Source: Deltaproteobacteria bacterium (GTDB lineage Bacteria > Myxococcota > Kuafuiibacteriia > Kuafuiibacteriales > Kuafuiibacteriaceae). Taken from it: a stretch of 64,000 bases of DNA. This document shows, piece after piece, positions 54,201 to 64,000 of this stretch (position 1 is its first letter; each line of letters opens with the position of its first letter). Under the pieces are notes generated by a model. That model was not told where the DNA came from, made no database searches, and saw only the letters and a program-made list of their open reading frames with translations. The stretch spans positions 64,001 through 128,000 of the forward strand of contig JAVJQW010000070.1 in assembly GCA_040218735.1 (NCBI GenBank), read 5' to 3'. A program made the translations under genes and the position numbers.

Positions 54201-54839
54201 GAAGTCCATCGTCGCGCGGTTGTTCGCGCTGTCGGTGACGGTGACGGTGAACTCGTAGTCGCCGTCCGCGCCGGCCGGCGGGGTGCCCGCGAGCATCGTC
54301 GACGGCGTGCCTTCCTGCGCGAGCGTCAGCCCGGCCGGGAGCGTCCCGTTCGACACGCGCCAACGGTAGCCGTCGCCCGAGCCACCCGTCGCGATGATCT
54401 CCGCCGAGTACGCGACGTCCGTGCCGCCGTTCGGGACGTCGGCTGTGGTGATCGCGAGATCAGGCGGCGGCTCGGCGACCTCGACGGTGAACGCCTGCTC
54501 ACCGGTGTTGTCGCGGGAGTCGCTCACCTCGACGGTGAACGTGAACGAGCCGGCCGCGTTCAGCGTGCCGGAGAGTCGTGTGCTGGGGGTGCCGTTACCG
54601 CGCAGCTCGAGGCCGTCCGGCAGGGACCCACTCTTCACGGACCACGTGTAGCCCTCTTCGGTTCCACCCATAGCCTCGATGGTCGCGCTGTACCCCTCGC
54701 CCTGCACGCCCGCAGGGAGAGAGGTGGTTTCGAATTTCAAGTCGTCGACAGGCGGGAGCGTGGTGCCCCCGTCCCCGGAGCAGCCCGCAAAGGCTGCCGC
54801 GCCCATCAGGAACAGGAGCGATGTTGTTTGACGTCGCAT
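51294..54839 (-). CDS. Large lipoprotein with 6 putative Ig (He_PIG-like) repeats and a TolB/WD40-like beta-propeller
   Basis: Lipobox FAGC; repeats YTWSV..G.LP.GL.L; blades FSPNG, YSPDG, FSPDG, WTPDS, ISPDG. Confidence 0.88.
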   Translation of the reverse strand: MRRQTTSLLFLMGAAAFAGCSGDGGTTLPPVDDLKFETTSLPAGVQGEGYSATIEAMGGTEEGYTWSVKSGSLPDGLELRGNGTPSTRLSGTLNAAGSFTFTVEVSDSRDNTGEQAFTVEVAEPPPDLAITTADVPNGGTDVAYSAEIIATGGSGDGYRWRVSNGTLPAGLTLAQEGTPSTMLAGTPPAGADGDYEFTVTVTDSANNRATMDFTMNVQNNVVPLNFVTQDIPDGEENLAYSATLEAEGGKGEYSWRVQGGELPPGLTLDNAGSGTTTTIEGTPNMSGNFTFQIEVRDEDGENARKTIFMEIAPEPPPVRIVTTEIDPGEENTPYEATIRAINGSGEGYMWSIDEGQLPAGLTIGAASPMGSTETTISGTPTQFGTFDFTVVVTDSRGNQDDQQLTLSIQEEVIPIQIIGDTNGVIVLPNAVGGEQYSATIEAQDGFGNYNWVAQGLPPGVRLQVPGTPGSVFSGLPQALGTFTATVTVYDLNNDTDSVQVQITVDPPNTLPTITTSALPAAPICGAYARRITGTGGSNANYSWSVQGNLPPGFSLDPTGTPGTTLRGTTDTTVGTYNFTVTLTDTFGLTDTQAYTLDVADVPGGFRFVMHMGDVEASAVQEIYLNEVCGTPSTTPMNITPANAPSGGDVLGSTSSGHFYAGFSPNGETLAYIGDLTTDNTYDVYLVDLRSGTPSAPVVVSGGIGLSGSLSALYLKYSPDGSKLAFTADATVSAAEELFVVDVSDPSNPSQAVRVSQVFNSSSTEVTQYDWWFSPDGTKIVYEADPVSSDQRFWYVDLSALPAGPPTPPVSIHDVAYASADTNYQVHWTPDSRGVVYSGDFSGTTSEDNVYWVDLSGPTPSTPIQLNPELPLNADCYVYTINDLSYTLSISPDGTKVMMLCEGELDNARHVFISDISGTVPGPAVKAMDIAPTSNRYITKAWWSPDSTHILAMGDLGPTDNADELYMADVSGTLPAAAHTIAPTNSTSLEMYTSPYFAAAFSPDMQKVFYIGDFDTAAYYELYQVTVGNGPPFQRVKVHPPFTQSSQDVYNFRISPDGNKIAVTVYENSAYSLFVADISGPVPTNWARAHSTPASSSADLVGTQGTGWDGGWDFFWTPDSQSLVFNGALATSGANELWISDVSGAPPYTEQRLSVPNSNTSLDVWWAWAQGEYALPYQFQRR

Positions 54840-55147
54840 AGCTATCAGTCACCTCGGTTTTTGTTTTCGGATCGTCTGTGCGTTGTCCCCTAGCGTGCGA
54901 AGACCAGGAGAGGCGTACTGCGAGCGGAACCTTACCCGAACCGAGTGGTTTGGATCACGGCTGCGAGGCGAGCCGCCGTGAAAATTTTTGTGCAGAACGG
55001 CGCGAGGATACGCACGCACATCGTGGACGAAGCGCGATTTCTGAAGAAACCTCGGGCACCTGCGTCGGATGCGACCCCCTGGTCCATCCGTCATCCGGCG
55101 CCCGAAGAAAAATGCACGCCAACGTGTTGAAACCCTGAACTTTTCTA

Positions 55148-57529
55148 TCAAAAGGCGCCGGGCGGACCCGCGATGCGCCCTTCGTCTCCCGCCGGGACGA
55201 AGGTGGGACCGACCACGGTTTCGACGCGACCCGACCTCGGGATCGGTTCCGGCGGCGCCGGGAGGTGCTCGGGCTCGGCGTAGGCCGCGACCGCCGCCTC
55301 GACCGTCGGGTCCTCGGCCGGCGTCTCCTCGTTCGGGTACAGGCGCGCGTAACCACGCGCGCGCGCGAGGACGACTTTGACGAACGCCCGCGTCTCCGCG
55401 ACCGGGATCTCTTCGGCGAGCTCGTCGGGCGAAGGCATCTCGCCGACGCCGCGACCCGACACCCCCTCCAACGCGCGCAACCGGCGCTGCGTCCAGGCGT
55501 CCACGGCGTTCGGACCGGCGTTGTAGGCCGCGAGCGCGAGCACCTCGCTGCCCTCGTACCGATCCAACAGCTCGCGGAGGTAGGCCGCGCCGAGGCGTGC
55601 GTTGAACGCCGGGTCGTAGAGCAGCCGGTTCTTCGTCGCGCGCCCGGCTTTGAGTCGCCAGGCGACCGTGCGCGCCGTGGGCAAGATGAGTTGCGCCAGA
55701 CCGTACGCGTTCATCGCGCTCACCGCGTCGGGCCTGAACCCGCTCTCGGTGCGGATCAAACCGAACAGCAGCGACACCGGGATCTCGAACTCCGCCGCCG
55801 CGGCGCGGATCGGCTCCTCGAACTTGAGCGGATGTGCACGCTTTGCAGCCCGAACGAACGCCGCGCTCCCCAACGCCGTCGGGTACGCGCGCGCGCCCTC
55901 CTCCCGCACGCGTCGGGCGTCGAGCGTCTTGCCGAGCTCTTCGTACATCCGGGCCATCGCGTGGTACGTCGGCTCTGCGATGCGGCGCCCGCTCGCGCGC
56001 GTCTGCTTCTCGAACGACGCCAGCTGCGCGAGCGCGCGACTGCGCAGCCCGAGGCGCGCGTACTCCCGCACCTGCACCAACGCCTGCGGAACCTTCGCGA
56101 CCTCGATCTCCCCTTCGCCGTCCGCCTCGAACGTCGGCTCTTCGAGGCGCTCGGCGATCTGCCCTTCCGCGAGCGCCGCGTAGTACGAGAGCGGGTAGCG
56201 CTCGACGATCGACCGGAACGCATCACGCGCGGCCTCGACGTCCCCTAGCGAGGCCTGGCTCCGCGCGAGCCAGTACCGCGACGCGCCGTCGAGGTCGGCC
56301 GGGAGCTGCATCTTCGTCACCGACGTGAAGAACTCCTTCGCGCGTGCGTACTGGCCGAGGCGGAAGTAGCCCCACCCCACGTTCCACACGCAGCGCCGGC
56401 GGTAGGTCGAGACGGGATTCACGAGGAGCAGCGACTCACAACGCTCGCGCGCGTTCTTGTACTTGCGCGTCCGCAGATGGATCTCGGCGGCGCGGAACAT
56501 CGCAGCCTCCGCCTCGGGGCGATCCGCGAAGCGCGCCGCGATCGTCTCGTACGCCCGCAACGCATCGCGCTGTCGACCGAGCAGCTCCATCATCTGCGCG
56601 CTCGCGAGCTCGACCTTGGCGCGGAGGTCCGTCACCGCCGTCGGCGCGAGCTGCGCGGCGCGCGCGAAGTGCGACTGCGCCGTGCGGTACCGACGCCGAC
56701 GCTTCGCCACGCGGCCACGCGCGTAGACGACCTCCGCGATGAGGCGTCCCGCGCCGCGCCCCGCGAGGCGGCGCTCGAGCTTCTGCATGACGTCGTCGAA
56801 CTTGTCCTCGTCCTCCAGCGAACGCGCGTAGGCGAGGATCGCGCGGCGGTCGGACTCGTCGAGCATCGGCTTGTCGCCGATCTTCAGACGCGCGAGCGCG
56901 GCGAGCGCGGGGCCGGCGAGCTTCGGCTCGTCCGCCTTCTGCCAGACCTCGCGCAGCCCGCGGAACGCGCCGAGCACGTCGCCCGTCCGGTGCCGCGCGA
57001 GCGCGAGCACGTACGTGAGCTCGACGTCGAGCCCACCGTCGCGCCGCTCCTGTTCGAGCCAGCGCGCGAGACGCGAGAAGTCCGTCGCCTCCAGGAGCGC
57101 CCACGCACGGAGGCGCCGGGCCTCGTCGGCGCGCGGGCTCTGCGCCGACACCTGCGCGAGCACTTGCGCGGCGTCGAGGTAGCTCTTCCACAGGTAGAGC
57201 GCCTGCCCGCGGAGGAAGCGGTGGTCGTCGACGAGCACCGGGTACGAGGACGCGAGCTCGTCGAACAGGCGCGCGGCTTCTTCGTACGCGCCGAGGCGGA
57301 TGAGCGAGACGCCGAGGAGGTAACGCGCTTGGGGGCGCTCCTTCGCGGTGGGGTGCTCGCGGAGCAGGCGCTTGAGGTACTGCACGCCGCGGGCGGTGTC
57401 GCCGCGGACGATCATGCGCTGCGCGGACTCGAAGGGGCCGCCTTCGAAGTAGGCCTCGGCTTCGAACGGTTCGATCGCGGGTGGCGCGGCGAGCCCGGCG
57501 AGCAGCAAGACGGCGAACACAAACGCCAT
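55148..57529 (-). CDS. Soluble lytic transglycosylase with TPR repeats (Slt70-like)
   Basis: IRTESGF (catalytic Glu), GLAQL, AYNAG, ETRAFV, YPLSYY; signal peptide; start at 57529 or 57544. Confidence 0.92.
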   Translation of the reverse strand: MAFVFAVLLLAGLAAPPAIEPFEAEAYFEGGPFESAQRMIVRGDTARGVQYLKRLLREHPTAKERPQARYLLGVSLIRLGAYEEAARLFDELASSYPVLVDDHRFLRGQALYLWKSYLDAAQVLAQVSAQSPRADEARRLRAWALLEATDFSRLARWLEQERRDGGLDVELTYVLALARHRTGDVLGAFRGLREVWQKADEPKLAGPALAALARLKIGDKPMLDESDRRAILAYARSLEDEDKFDDVMQKLERRLAGRGAGRLIAEVVYARGRVAKRRRRYRTAQSHFARAAQLAPTAVTDLRAKVELASAQMMELLGRQRDALRAYETIAARFADRPEAEAAMFRAAEIHLRTRKYKNARERCESLLLVNPVSTYRRRCVWNVGWGYFRLGQYARAKEFFTSVTKMQLPADLDGASRYWLARSQASLGDVEAARDAFRSIVERYPLSYYAALAEGQIAERLEEPTFEADGEGEIEVAKVPQALVQVREYARLGLRSRALAQLASFEKQTRASGRRIAEPTYHAMARMYEELGKTLDARRVREEGARAYPTALGSAAFVRAAKRAHPLKFEEPIRAAAAEFEIPVSLLFGLIRTESGFRPDAVSAMNAYGLAQLILPTARTVAWRLKAGRATKNRLLYDPAFNARLGAAYLRELLDRYEGSEVLALAAYNAGPNAVDAWTQRRLRALEGVSGRGVGEMPSPDELAEEIPVAETRAFVKVVLARARGYARLYPNEETPAEDPTVEAAVAAYAEPEHLPAPPEPIPRSGRVETVVGPTFVPAGDEGRIAGPPGAF

Positions 57530-57613
57530 GATGCCACCCCGCACCGAGCGGCGCGAAGAAGCGGCGGCGACGCCGCAAATTTGGGGGGCTCGAGGCTTCG
57601 CCTCTCGTCCCCC

Positions 57614-59569
57614 TTAGCGCGAAGCAGCCTCTTCCGCGGCCAGCCCCTGCAGCGCCTCGAGCACCTGCCGCTCGGTCTCTTCCTGCTGCTGCAACAAGCT
57701 CTCGATCGCCTGCGTGCGGTGCTGCTTCTTCAGCCAGTACGTGTCGAGGACGCCGAACTCGGCGCGCATCGCGGCGTCGTCGAGCGAGGACTTCACGTCC
57801 GACAGCGCGCCGCGCGCGACGGCGACGGTCGTCGGCTTCGCGTCCGACTCCAGCGTGGAGAGCGACTTCATGATGTCGACGACCTCGGCGCGGATCGACG
57901 ACAGCATCCCCTGCGCCTGCTTGCGACGGGACTCCTCTTCGTACTCGACCAGGAGGATCTCACCTTCGACCGCGCGGGCCATGTTGCGCAGCTGCTCGAT
58001 CATCTGACCGACCTCGCGCGCCTGGGCCGCGTGGGTGTGGTCGACCTGGACCTCGCCGTCCGCGCTCGCGTGACGCTGGTGACGACGCAGCGCCTCCTCG
58101 GTCCCGCCCGCGTGGCTCTCGAGGTGGCGGACGTCCCGCAAAAGCGTCTCGAGGTTCTGGCGACGCAGCTCCAACCCGACGAACGCCTTGTCCGCGGTGA
58201 GCGAGCGCGTCAGCGCGTCGATGTCGTCGACCATCTTCCAGACCTCGTCCTTCGCGAAACGAACGCCGCGGTCGATGCGGTAGGCCTGGTCGACGTTCGG
58301 CGTCCACGCGTCGGCGAAGAGCGTCGCGGGGCCCGGCGAGGGCTCGTCCGACAGACCGACGTTGCGCTCCATCGACGTGAACAGGAACTCGGCCGGGTCC
58401 TCGATCTCGACGACGGCCTGCGCGTAGAGGTCACGCTCCTGCACGACCTGACCGTGCAGGTGCGTGTAGCTCGCGATCGAGTCGGCGTACCGATTCATGT
58501 GCGCGAGCAGCGACGCCTTGAACAACCGCGCGTCCACCTGCCGCGTACCGCGGGCGCCGAGATCTTCCACGCACTGCGCGCGCATCAACGCCCCGCGGCG
58601 CGTGCCGCGCTCGACGTCCAGGTGCGCCCGCTCCCAACACGCCTCGCGCAGGTGCGGCGAGCCGTCGGGGATGCGGCGGTAGGCCTCGTCGGCGGCCGCG
58701 AGGTCGCCGCGCTCCCAGCGCAGGCGCGCCGCGGACAGCGCCGCGAGCTGGCGCACGTCGGTCTCGATCGTCGTCTGTTTCTCGGGGAGGTCCGCGGGGA
58801 GCGCCCAGTCCATGACCGCGGCGAACCAGCGCTCGGCGTTTTCGAGGTCGCCCTCTTCCACGAACACGACGCCTGCCAGGTAAGCGGCGCGCGAGCCGAA
58901 GGCGCTATCGGAGGGGACCGTCGCGAGCAGCGCGCGGGCCTCGGTGAGCTTGCGGTCCGCGCGCAGCGCGAAGCCGACCTCGTACATCACCTTGGCGGCG
59001 GTCTCGCTGCCCGCCGCGTTTTCGCCGCCGCGGTGCCGCCACAGGTCGTACAGCTCGAGGCGGCGGTCGAGGCGCTCGTTGCGCCGCGCGAGGTTGAACC
59101 AGCGGCCACCCGCCTCGGCCATCTGCTCCGGCGTGCCGCCGGCCTTCAGGGCGAGCTCGGCGTAGTGCATCGCGCCGATGTCCTCGGCGTTGCTCGCGAG
59201 GATCTCGGAGGTGAGGAGCAGCGTGTCGACGTACTCGGGGAGCTTCGTGAAGTTCGGATCCGCGAGGCGCCCCATCAGCATCTCGAGCGCGCGATCCTCG
59301 TTGCCCAGCGCACGCTCGATCTCCGCGGCGCCGAGGATGCGGCGCTGGTCCGCCTCACTCTCGGGGAGCGGCGGGATCGCGGGGCGGGTGCGGTAGAAGT
59401 CGAGCGTGTCCTTGAGCCGCTGCACTTCGCGGCGGATCTGGTCGTTCGGCATCGCGACGTCGTGCGCGAGCGCCGACGTCGAGCACAATCCCATGAGGAG
59501 CGGCAGCGTGTAGCGGACCAACGAGTTCGACAGCCGGTTCGGGTGAGGGGGCGACGACAGTTTCCGCAC
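57614..59569 (-). CDS. Exported TPR / coiled-coil protein
   Basis: Signal ending ALA|H; TPR-like AAYLAGVVF...AERWF; C-terminal coiled coil; start uncertain. Confidence 0.75.
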   Translation of the reverse strand: MRKLSSPPHPNRLSNSLVRYTLPLLMGLCSTSALAHDVAMPNDQIRREVQRLKDTLDFYRTRPAIPPLPESEADQRRILGAAEIERALGNEDRALEMLMGRLADPNFTKLPEYVDTLLLTSEILASNAEDIGAMHYAELALKAGGTPEQMAEAGGRWFNLARRNERLDRRLELYDLWRHRGGENAAGSETAAKVMYEVGFALRADRKLTEARALLATVPSDSAFGSRAAYLAGVVFVEEGDLENAERWFAAVMDWALPADLPEKQTTIETDVRQLAALSAARLRWERGDLAAADEAYRRIPDGSPHLREACWERAHLDVERGTRRGALMRAQCVEDLGARGTRQVDARLFKASLLAHMNRYADSIASYTHLHGQVVQERDLYAQAVVEIEDPAEFLFTSMERNVGLSDEPSPGPATLFADAWTPNVDQAYRIDRGVRFAKDEVWKMVDDIDALTRSLTADKAFVGLELRRQNLETLLRDVRHLESHAGGTEEALRRHQRHASADGEVQVDHTHAAQAREVGQMIEQLRNMARAVEGEILLVEYEEESRRKQAQGMLSSIRAEVVDIMKSLSTLESDAKPTTVAVARGALSDVKSSLDDAAMRAEFGVLDTYWLKKQHRTQAIESLLQQQEETERQVLEALQGLAAEEAASR

Positions 59570-59743
59570 GCGCGACTCTCTTGTAGCAAACACCGGGCAC
59601 AAAACGCACGTTCGTGATCTCACGTACGCCTCCCCCATGGGTGGCCGGAACCCGACAAAAATGTCCCGAAAAATCGGGGGTCTGGTGGTTTTTGCACGCT
59701 ATTGACCCCGATCCGGTTCCCGACTAACACCGGCGCTGAACAA

Positions 59744-62065
59744 ATGGACCCAAGTCAAATCTCGGATGTCGCGCTCTCCGAGGAGGCGCGCCGCCTGTAC
59801 ATGAACTACGCGCTCAGCGTCATCACGGCGCGGGCGCTGCCCGACGTCCGGGACGGTCTGAAGCCGGTGCAACGCCGGATCCTGTACGCGATGTACAACG
59901 ATCTGCGCGTCCTCCCCGACGGCAAGCCCATCAAGAGCGCCAAGATCGTCGGTGCCGTGCTGGGTTCCTACCATCCGCACGGAGACAGTGCCGCCTACGA
60001 CGCCATGGTTCGCCTCGCCCAGGATTGGGTGATGCGGGCGCCGCTGGTGCGTGGGCAGGGTAACTTCGGATCCGCCGACGGCGACCGCCCCGCGGCCCAG
60101 CGGTACACCGAGGCGAAGCTGACGCCGATCGCGCTGGAGCTGCTCGCGGAGCTCAAGAAGAAGACGGTCCAATACCGCCCGACCTACGACGCCACGAGCG
60201 TCGAGCCGATCGTCCTCCCCGCGCGGTTCTGCAACCTCCTGGTGAACGGCGCGCAGGGCATCGCGGTCGGTATGGCCACGAGCATCCCGCCGCACAACCT
60301 CGGCGAGGTCTGCGACGCGCTCACGATGATGATCGACGATCCGGACGTCTCGCTCGCGCGGGTCCTCCAGAAGATCAAGGGCCCGGACTTCCCGACCGGC
60401 GGCGAGATCGTCACGTCGAAGCAGGAGCTGAAGCAGGTCTACGGCACCGGTCAGGGGAGCCTGAAGATCCGCGGCGAGTGGAAGTCGGAGATGAAGCGCG
60501 GGACGGAGCGCATCGTCATCCACGCCATTCCGTACGCGCTGGATCGGAGCGCGCTCGTCACGAAGATCGCGGAGGTCATCACCGGCAAGAAGCTGCCGGC
60601 GCTGGTCGACGTGCGCGACGAGTCGACCGACACCACGCGCATCGTGCTCGAGACGAAGAAGGGCACGAACCCGGACCTCGTCATGGCGTATCTGATGAAG
60701 CACACGCCGCTTCAGGGGAACCAGGGCGTCAACCTGACTTGCCTCGTGCCCGGCGACGGAGAGCTCCCCACGCCGGAGCGCCTCGACCTGCTCGCGATCC
60801 TTCGACACTTCCTCGATTTCAGATTCGAGATGGTCAAGAACCGGCTCACCCACGAGCTGGATTTGTTGAACAAACGCCTCCACATCCTGGAGGGGCTCGA
60901 GAAGGTCTTCGACGCGCTCGACGAGATCATCAAGATCATCCGTCGAAGCGAGGGGAAGAAGGACGCGGCCGGCAAGATCATGAAGCGGTTCGGTCTGGAC
61001 GAAGAGCAGACCGACGCCATCCTCGAGCTGAAGCTCTATCGCCTCGCGAAGCTGGAGATCCTGATCATCCGCCAGGAGGCCGACGAGAAGCGCAAGGAGG
61101 CGAAGCGCATCGCCGCGCTCCTCAAGAGCCCCAAGCGGATGTGGGGTGTGGTGAAGGACGAGATCACCGAGATTCGCGACAAGTACGCCGACAAGCGGCG
61201 CACGCGGATCATCACCGCCGAGGAGGAGGCCGAGTTCTCGGAGGAGGACTTCATCATCGAGGAGGACGCCGTGGTGATCCTCACGGCGAACGGCTGGGTG
61301 AAGCGCCAGGGTTCGGTGAAGGACCTGTCGACGACGCGTGTGAAGGACAAGGACCGCGTGCTCGCGTGTGTGGCCGGGTCGACGCGATCGACGGTCGGCT
61401 TCTTCTCGAGCAAGGGCCACTGCTACGTCACGCGCATCGCGGACATCCCGGCGTCGACCGGCTACGGCGACCCGATGCAGAAGATCTTCAAGCTCGGCGA
61501 CGGCGAGACGATCGTCGGCGCGGTCTCGTTCGACCCGCGCATGATGCCGCTCCCGGAGGAGGAGGAGATCTACGAGGACGGCTCGCCCTGCCCGCCCTAC
61601 GGCGTCGCGGTGACGAAGCTCGGCCTCGCGCTGCGCTTCCCGCTGTTCGGGCACAAGGAGCCGTCGACGCGCGCGGGTCGCAAGTTCGCGCGCCTCAAGT
61701 CGGGCGACGCGGTGCTGACGACCTTCACCGTCAAGGACGGCGACGAAGGCTTCGTCGTCGCGGCGGCGCGGGACGGTCACGCGATCGCGGTGGACCTCGA
61801 CGACGTCGCGCTGCTGTCCGGCCCCGGGCGCGGGACGATGCTCATCAAGCTCGGGTCGGGCGTGGAGCTGCTCGCGGCGAAGTACGCGCCCTCCCCGCGC
61901 ACGGAGCCGCTGGTGGTGCGCACGGACAAGGGCAAGAAGTACGAGCTGTTCGCGGAGGGCTTGCTCACCACGCGCGGCGGGCGCGGCAAGGCGGTCGTGA
62001 AGCGTTCGGACTTCGCGACGGTCGACCACGAGCTGCCGCCGGTTCCGGAGCTGGGCGAGAGCTGA
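59744..62065 (+). CDS. parC: Type IIA DNA topoisomerase subunit A (topoisomerase IV ParC-like)
   Basis: [29 protein letters not shown] (catalytic Tyr), [10 protein letters not shown]; short CTD without a canonical GyrA box; parC versus gyrA is an inference. Confidence 0.85.
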   Translation: MDPSQISDVALSEEARRLYMNYALSVITARALPDVRDGLKPVQRRILYAMYNDLRVLPDGKPIKSAKIVGAVLGSYHPHGDSAAYDAMVRLAQDWVMRAPLVRGQGNFGSADGDRPAAQRYTEAKLTPIALELLAELKKKTVQYRPTYDATSVEPIVLPARFCNLLVNGAQGIAVGMATSIPPHNLGEVCDALTMMIDDPDVSLARVLQKIKGPDFPTGGEIVTSKQELKQVYGTGQGSLKIRGEWKSEMKRGTERIVIHAIPYALDRSALVTKIAEVITGKKLPALVDVRDESTDTTRIVLETKKGTNPDLVMAYLMKHTPLQGNQGVNLTCLVPGDGELPTPERLDLLAILRHFLDFRFEMVKNRLTHELDLLNKRLHILEGLEKVFDALDEIIKIIRRSEGKKDAAGKIMKRFGLDEEQTDAILELKLYRLAKLEILIIRQEADEKRKEAKRIAALLKSPKRMWGVVKDEITEIRDKYADKRRTRIITAEEEAEFSEEDFIIEEDAVVILTANGWVKRQGSVKDLSTTRVKDKDRVLACVAGSTRSTVGFFSSKGHCYVTRIADIPASTGYGDPMQKIFKLGDGETIVGAVSFDPRMMPLPEEEEIYEDGSPCPPYGVAVTKLGLALRFPLFGHKEPSTRAGRKFARLKSGDAVLTTFTVKDGDEGFVVAAARDGHAIAVDLDDVALLSGPGRGTMLIKLGSGVELLAAKYAPSPRTEPLVVRTDKGKKYELFAEGLLTTRGGRGKAVVKRSDFATVDHELPPVPELGES

Positions 62066-62075
62066 GGAGGACGCC

Positions 62076-64000
62076 GTGGCGACCAAGAAGAAGAAGAAGA
62101 CGGGGCGCTACGGCGCCGACGAGATTCGGGTCCTCGAAGGGCTGGAGCCGGTGCGGCTGCGGCCCGGCATGTACATCGGCGGCACCGACACCCACGGGTA
62201 CCATCACCTGCTGCGCGAGATCCTCGACAACTCGATCGACGAGGTGATCAACGGGCACGCGAAGACGATCTCGGTGGTGCTCGACGAGGACTATCGGGGC
62301 GTGTCGATCGAGGACGACGGCCGCGGCATCCCGGTGGGGATGATGCGCAAGTTCAAGAAACCCGCGGTCGAGATCATCCTCACGACGCTGCACGCGGGCG
62401 CGAAGTTCGACGATAACTCCTACGACGTCTCCGGCGGTCTGCACGGCGTCGGTTCGTCGGTGGTGAACGCGCTGTCGGAGGAGATGACGGTCTGGGTCCA
62501 GCGGGACGGCTACGAGTACAACCAGCAGTACAAACGCGGGAAGGCGACGACGAAGCTGAAGAAGCTCTCGAAGACCCGCCGCCACGGGACGCGCATCCAC
62601 TTCCGGCCGGACCCGTCCGTGTTCAACATGGCGGCGCGGTTCGATCCGAAGCGCGTGCAGGAGCTGCTCGACAGCAAGGCGTACCTGCACCCGAGCGTTT
62701 CGATTCACTACCAGGACGCGCGCGCGAACGAGGAGACGACGTTCCATCACCCGGGTGGGTTGCGTGAGTTCCTGCCGATGGTGGTGGAGAGCTCGAAGAA
62801 GACGCCCTCACACCCGGAGCCGTTCAGCCTCGAGACGGAAGACTACCCGCGGACGCAGATGATCCTCGCGTGGACGGACGGCACGAACGAGACGATCCTC
62901 TCCTACGCGAACGGCGTGCGCACGTCGGACGGCGGGTCGCACGAAAACGGGCTCAAGCAGGCCGTCGTGAAGGCGGTCCGCGCGTACATGAGCGCGAAGA
63001 AGCGCGCGCCGAAGGGCATCACGATCTCCGCGGAGGACATCCGCGAGGGGTTGGTCGCGATCCTGTCGGTGTACATCAAGGAGCCGCAGTTCCAGGGGCA
63101 GACGAAGGGGCGTTTGAACAACCCGGAGGCGCAGGGGCTCATCGAGAACCTCGTGCGTCCGCGGCTCGAGCAGTGGTTGCTCGAGAACGGCTCGGTGGCG
63201 GACGCGATCTGCGATCGCGTGGAGCTGTCGGCGCGTGCGCGTCAGGCGTCGCGTGTGGCGGCCCAGCAGGTGCAGCGCAAGTCGGCGGTGTCGCACCGGC
63301 TGAACCTGCCCGGGAAGCTCGCGGACTGTTCGAGCACGAACCCGCGCGACTCGGAGCTGTTCATCGTCGAGGGTGACTCGGCCGGTGGCTCCGCGAAGAT
63401 GGGGCGCGACCGCAAGACGCAGGCGATCCTCGCGCTGCGCGGCAAGGTGCTCAACACGATGCAGGCGTCGCTGACGAAGGTGCTCGACAACAAGGAGATC
63501 GGAAACATCGTCTCCGCGTTGGGGTGTGGCATCGGTCCGAAGCTCGACCTGTCGAAGCTGCGCTACGACAAGGTGTTCCTGCTGACGGACGCGGACTCCG
63601 ACGGCAACCACATCGCGACGTTGCTGTTGACGTTCTTCATGAAACACATGACGGCGCTCGTGGAGGGCGGTCACGTGTACCTCGCGCAGCCGCCGCTGTA
63701 CCGCATCGACGCCGCGAAGGAGACGTACTGGGCGGTGGACGACGCGGAGCGCAAGCGCATCGAGAAGTCGCTGCCGAAGAACGTGAAGATCGAGATCAGC
63801 CGCTTCAAGGGCCTCGGCGAGATGGACGCGGACCAACTCAAGGAGACGACCCTCGACCCGAAGCGCCGCCGCGCGCTGCGCGTCATGCTCGACGAAGAGG
63901 GCCGCACGGTGATGCAGGCGTTGATGGGCAAGGATCCCGCGCCGCGATACCAGTTCATCATGGAGAACGCGGCGCTCACCGACGTCGAGGCGCTCGACGT
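62076..64000 (+). CDS. parE: Type IIA DNA topoisomerase subunit B (ParE-like), running to the window end
   Basis: GTG 62076 after GAGGAGG; LEGLEPVRLRPGMYIG, DNSIDE, DDGRGIP, GGLHGVG, EGDSAGG, LRGK, DADSDG, RFKGLGEM; no stop inside the window. Confidence 0.88.
   Translation, partial: MATKKKKKTGRYGADEIRVLEGLEPVRLRPGMYIGGTDTHGYHHLLREILDNSIDEVINGHAKTISVVLDEDYRGVSIEDDGRGIPVGMMRKFKKPAVEIILTTLHAGAKFDDNSYDVSGGLHGVGSSVVNALSEEMTVWVQRDGYEYNQQYKRGKATTKLKKLSKTRRHGTRIHFRPDPSVFNMAARFDPKRVQELLDSKAYLHPSVSIHYQDARANEETTFHHPGGLREFLPMVVESSKKTPSHPEPFSLETEDYPRTQMILAWTDGTNETILSYANGVRTSDGGSHENGLKQAVVKAVRAYMSAKKRAPKGITISAEDIREGLVAILSVYIKEPQFQGQTKGRLNNPEAQGLIENLVRPRLEQWLLENGSVADAICDRVELSARARQASRVAAQQVQRKSAVSHRLNLPGKLADCSSTNPRDSELFIVEGDSAGGSAKMGRDRKTQAILALRGKVLNTMQASLTKVLDNKEIGNIVSALGCGIGPKLDLSKLRYDKVFLLTDADSDGNHIATLLLTFFMKHMTALVEGGHVYLAQPPLYRIDAAKETYWAVDDAERKRIEKSLPKNVKIEISRFKGLGEMDADQLKETTLDPKRRRALRVMLDEEGRTVMQALMGKDPAPRYQFIMENAALTDVEALD

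Noticed and set aside
54840-55147. Lower-GC intergenic region as a riboswitch or sigma54 promoter
   Set aside because: TGGCGT is not followed by GC at the -12 spacing and no riboswitch consensus was recognised; probably an ordinary promoter region

Overview
Very GC-rich bacterial chromosomal window, most likely Myxococcota (inferred from MYXO-CTERM sorting signals, four Hanks-type Ser/Thr kinases, many Cys-rich lipoproteins and an ECF-FecR/TPR cluster). It holds about 39 CDS and no recognisable rRNA, tRNA, CRISPR array or transposase. Housekeeping genes (aroA, hisC, accA, miaA, mutL, asnS, sdhCAB, a type IIA topoisomerase A/B pair, a lytic transglycosylase) alternate with surface-protein genes. 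The main finding is the 2220-aa ORF at 19495-26157, which looks like a secreted polyprotein. A complete internal MYXO-CTERM anchor (GCSC-linker-TM-RRKKK) runs in frame into a second signal peptide (AEA|Q), and the second half is a full-length paralog of the next, independent gene. Other notable items are a stand-alone sigma70 region-4 look-alike with a degenerate DNA-recognition helix, an 82-83 bp two-hairpin element bounded by CTAG and found twice at TAG stop codons, AccA with a histone-H1-like tail, a kinase ending in a ribbon-helix-helix-like domain, a hexamer repeat tract in mutL, and a 46-aa membrane ORF coupled to an MFS transporter. All family calls are by-eye motif recognition; no database search was run.
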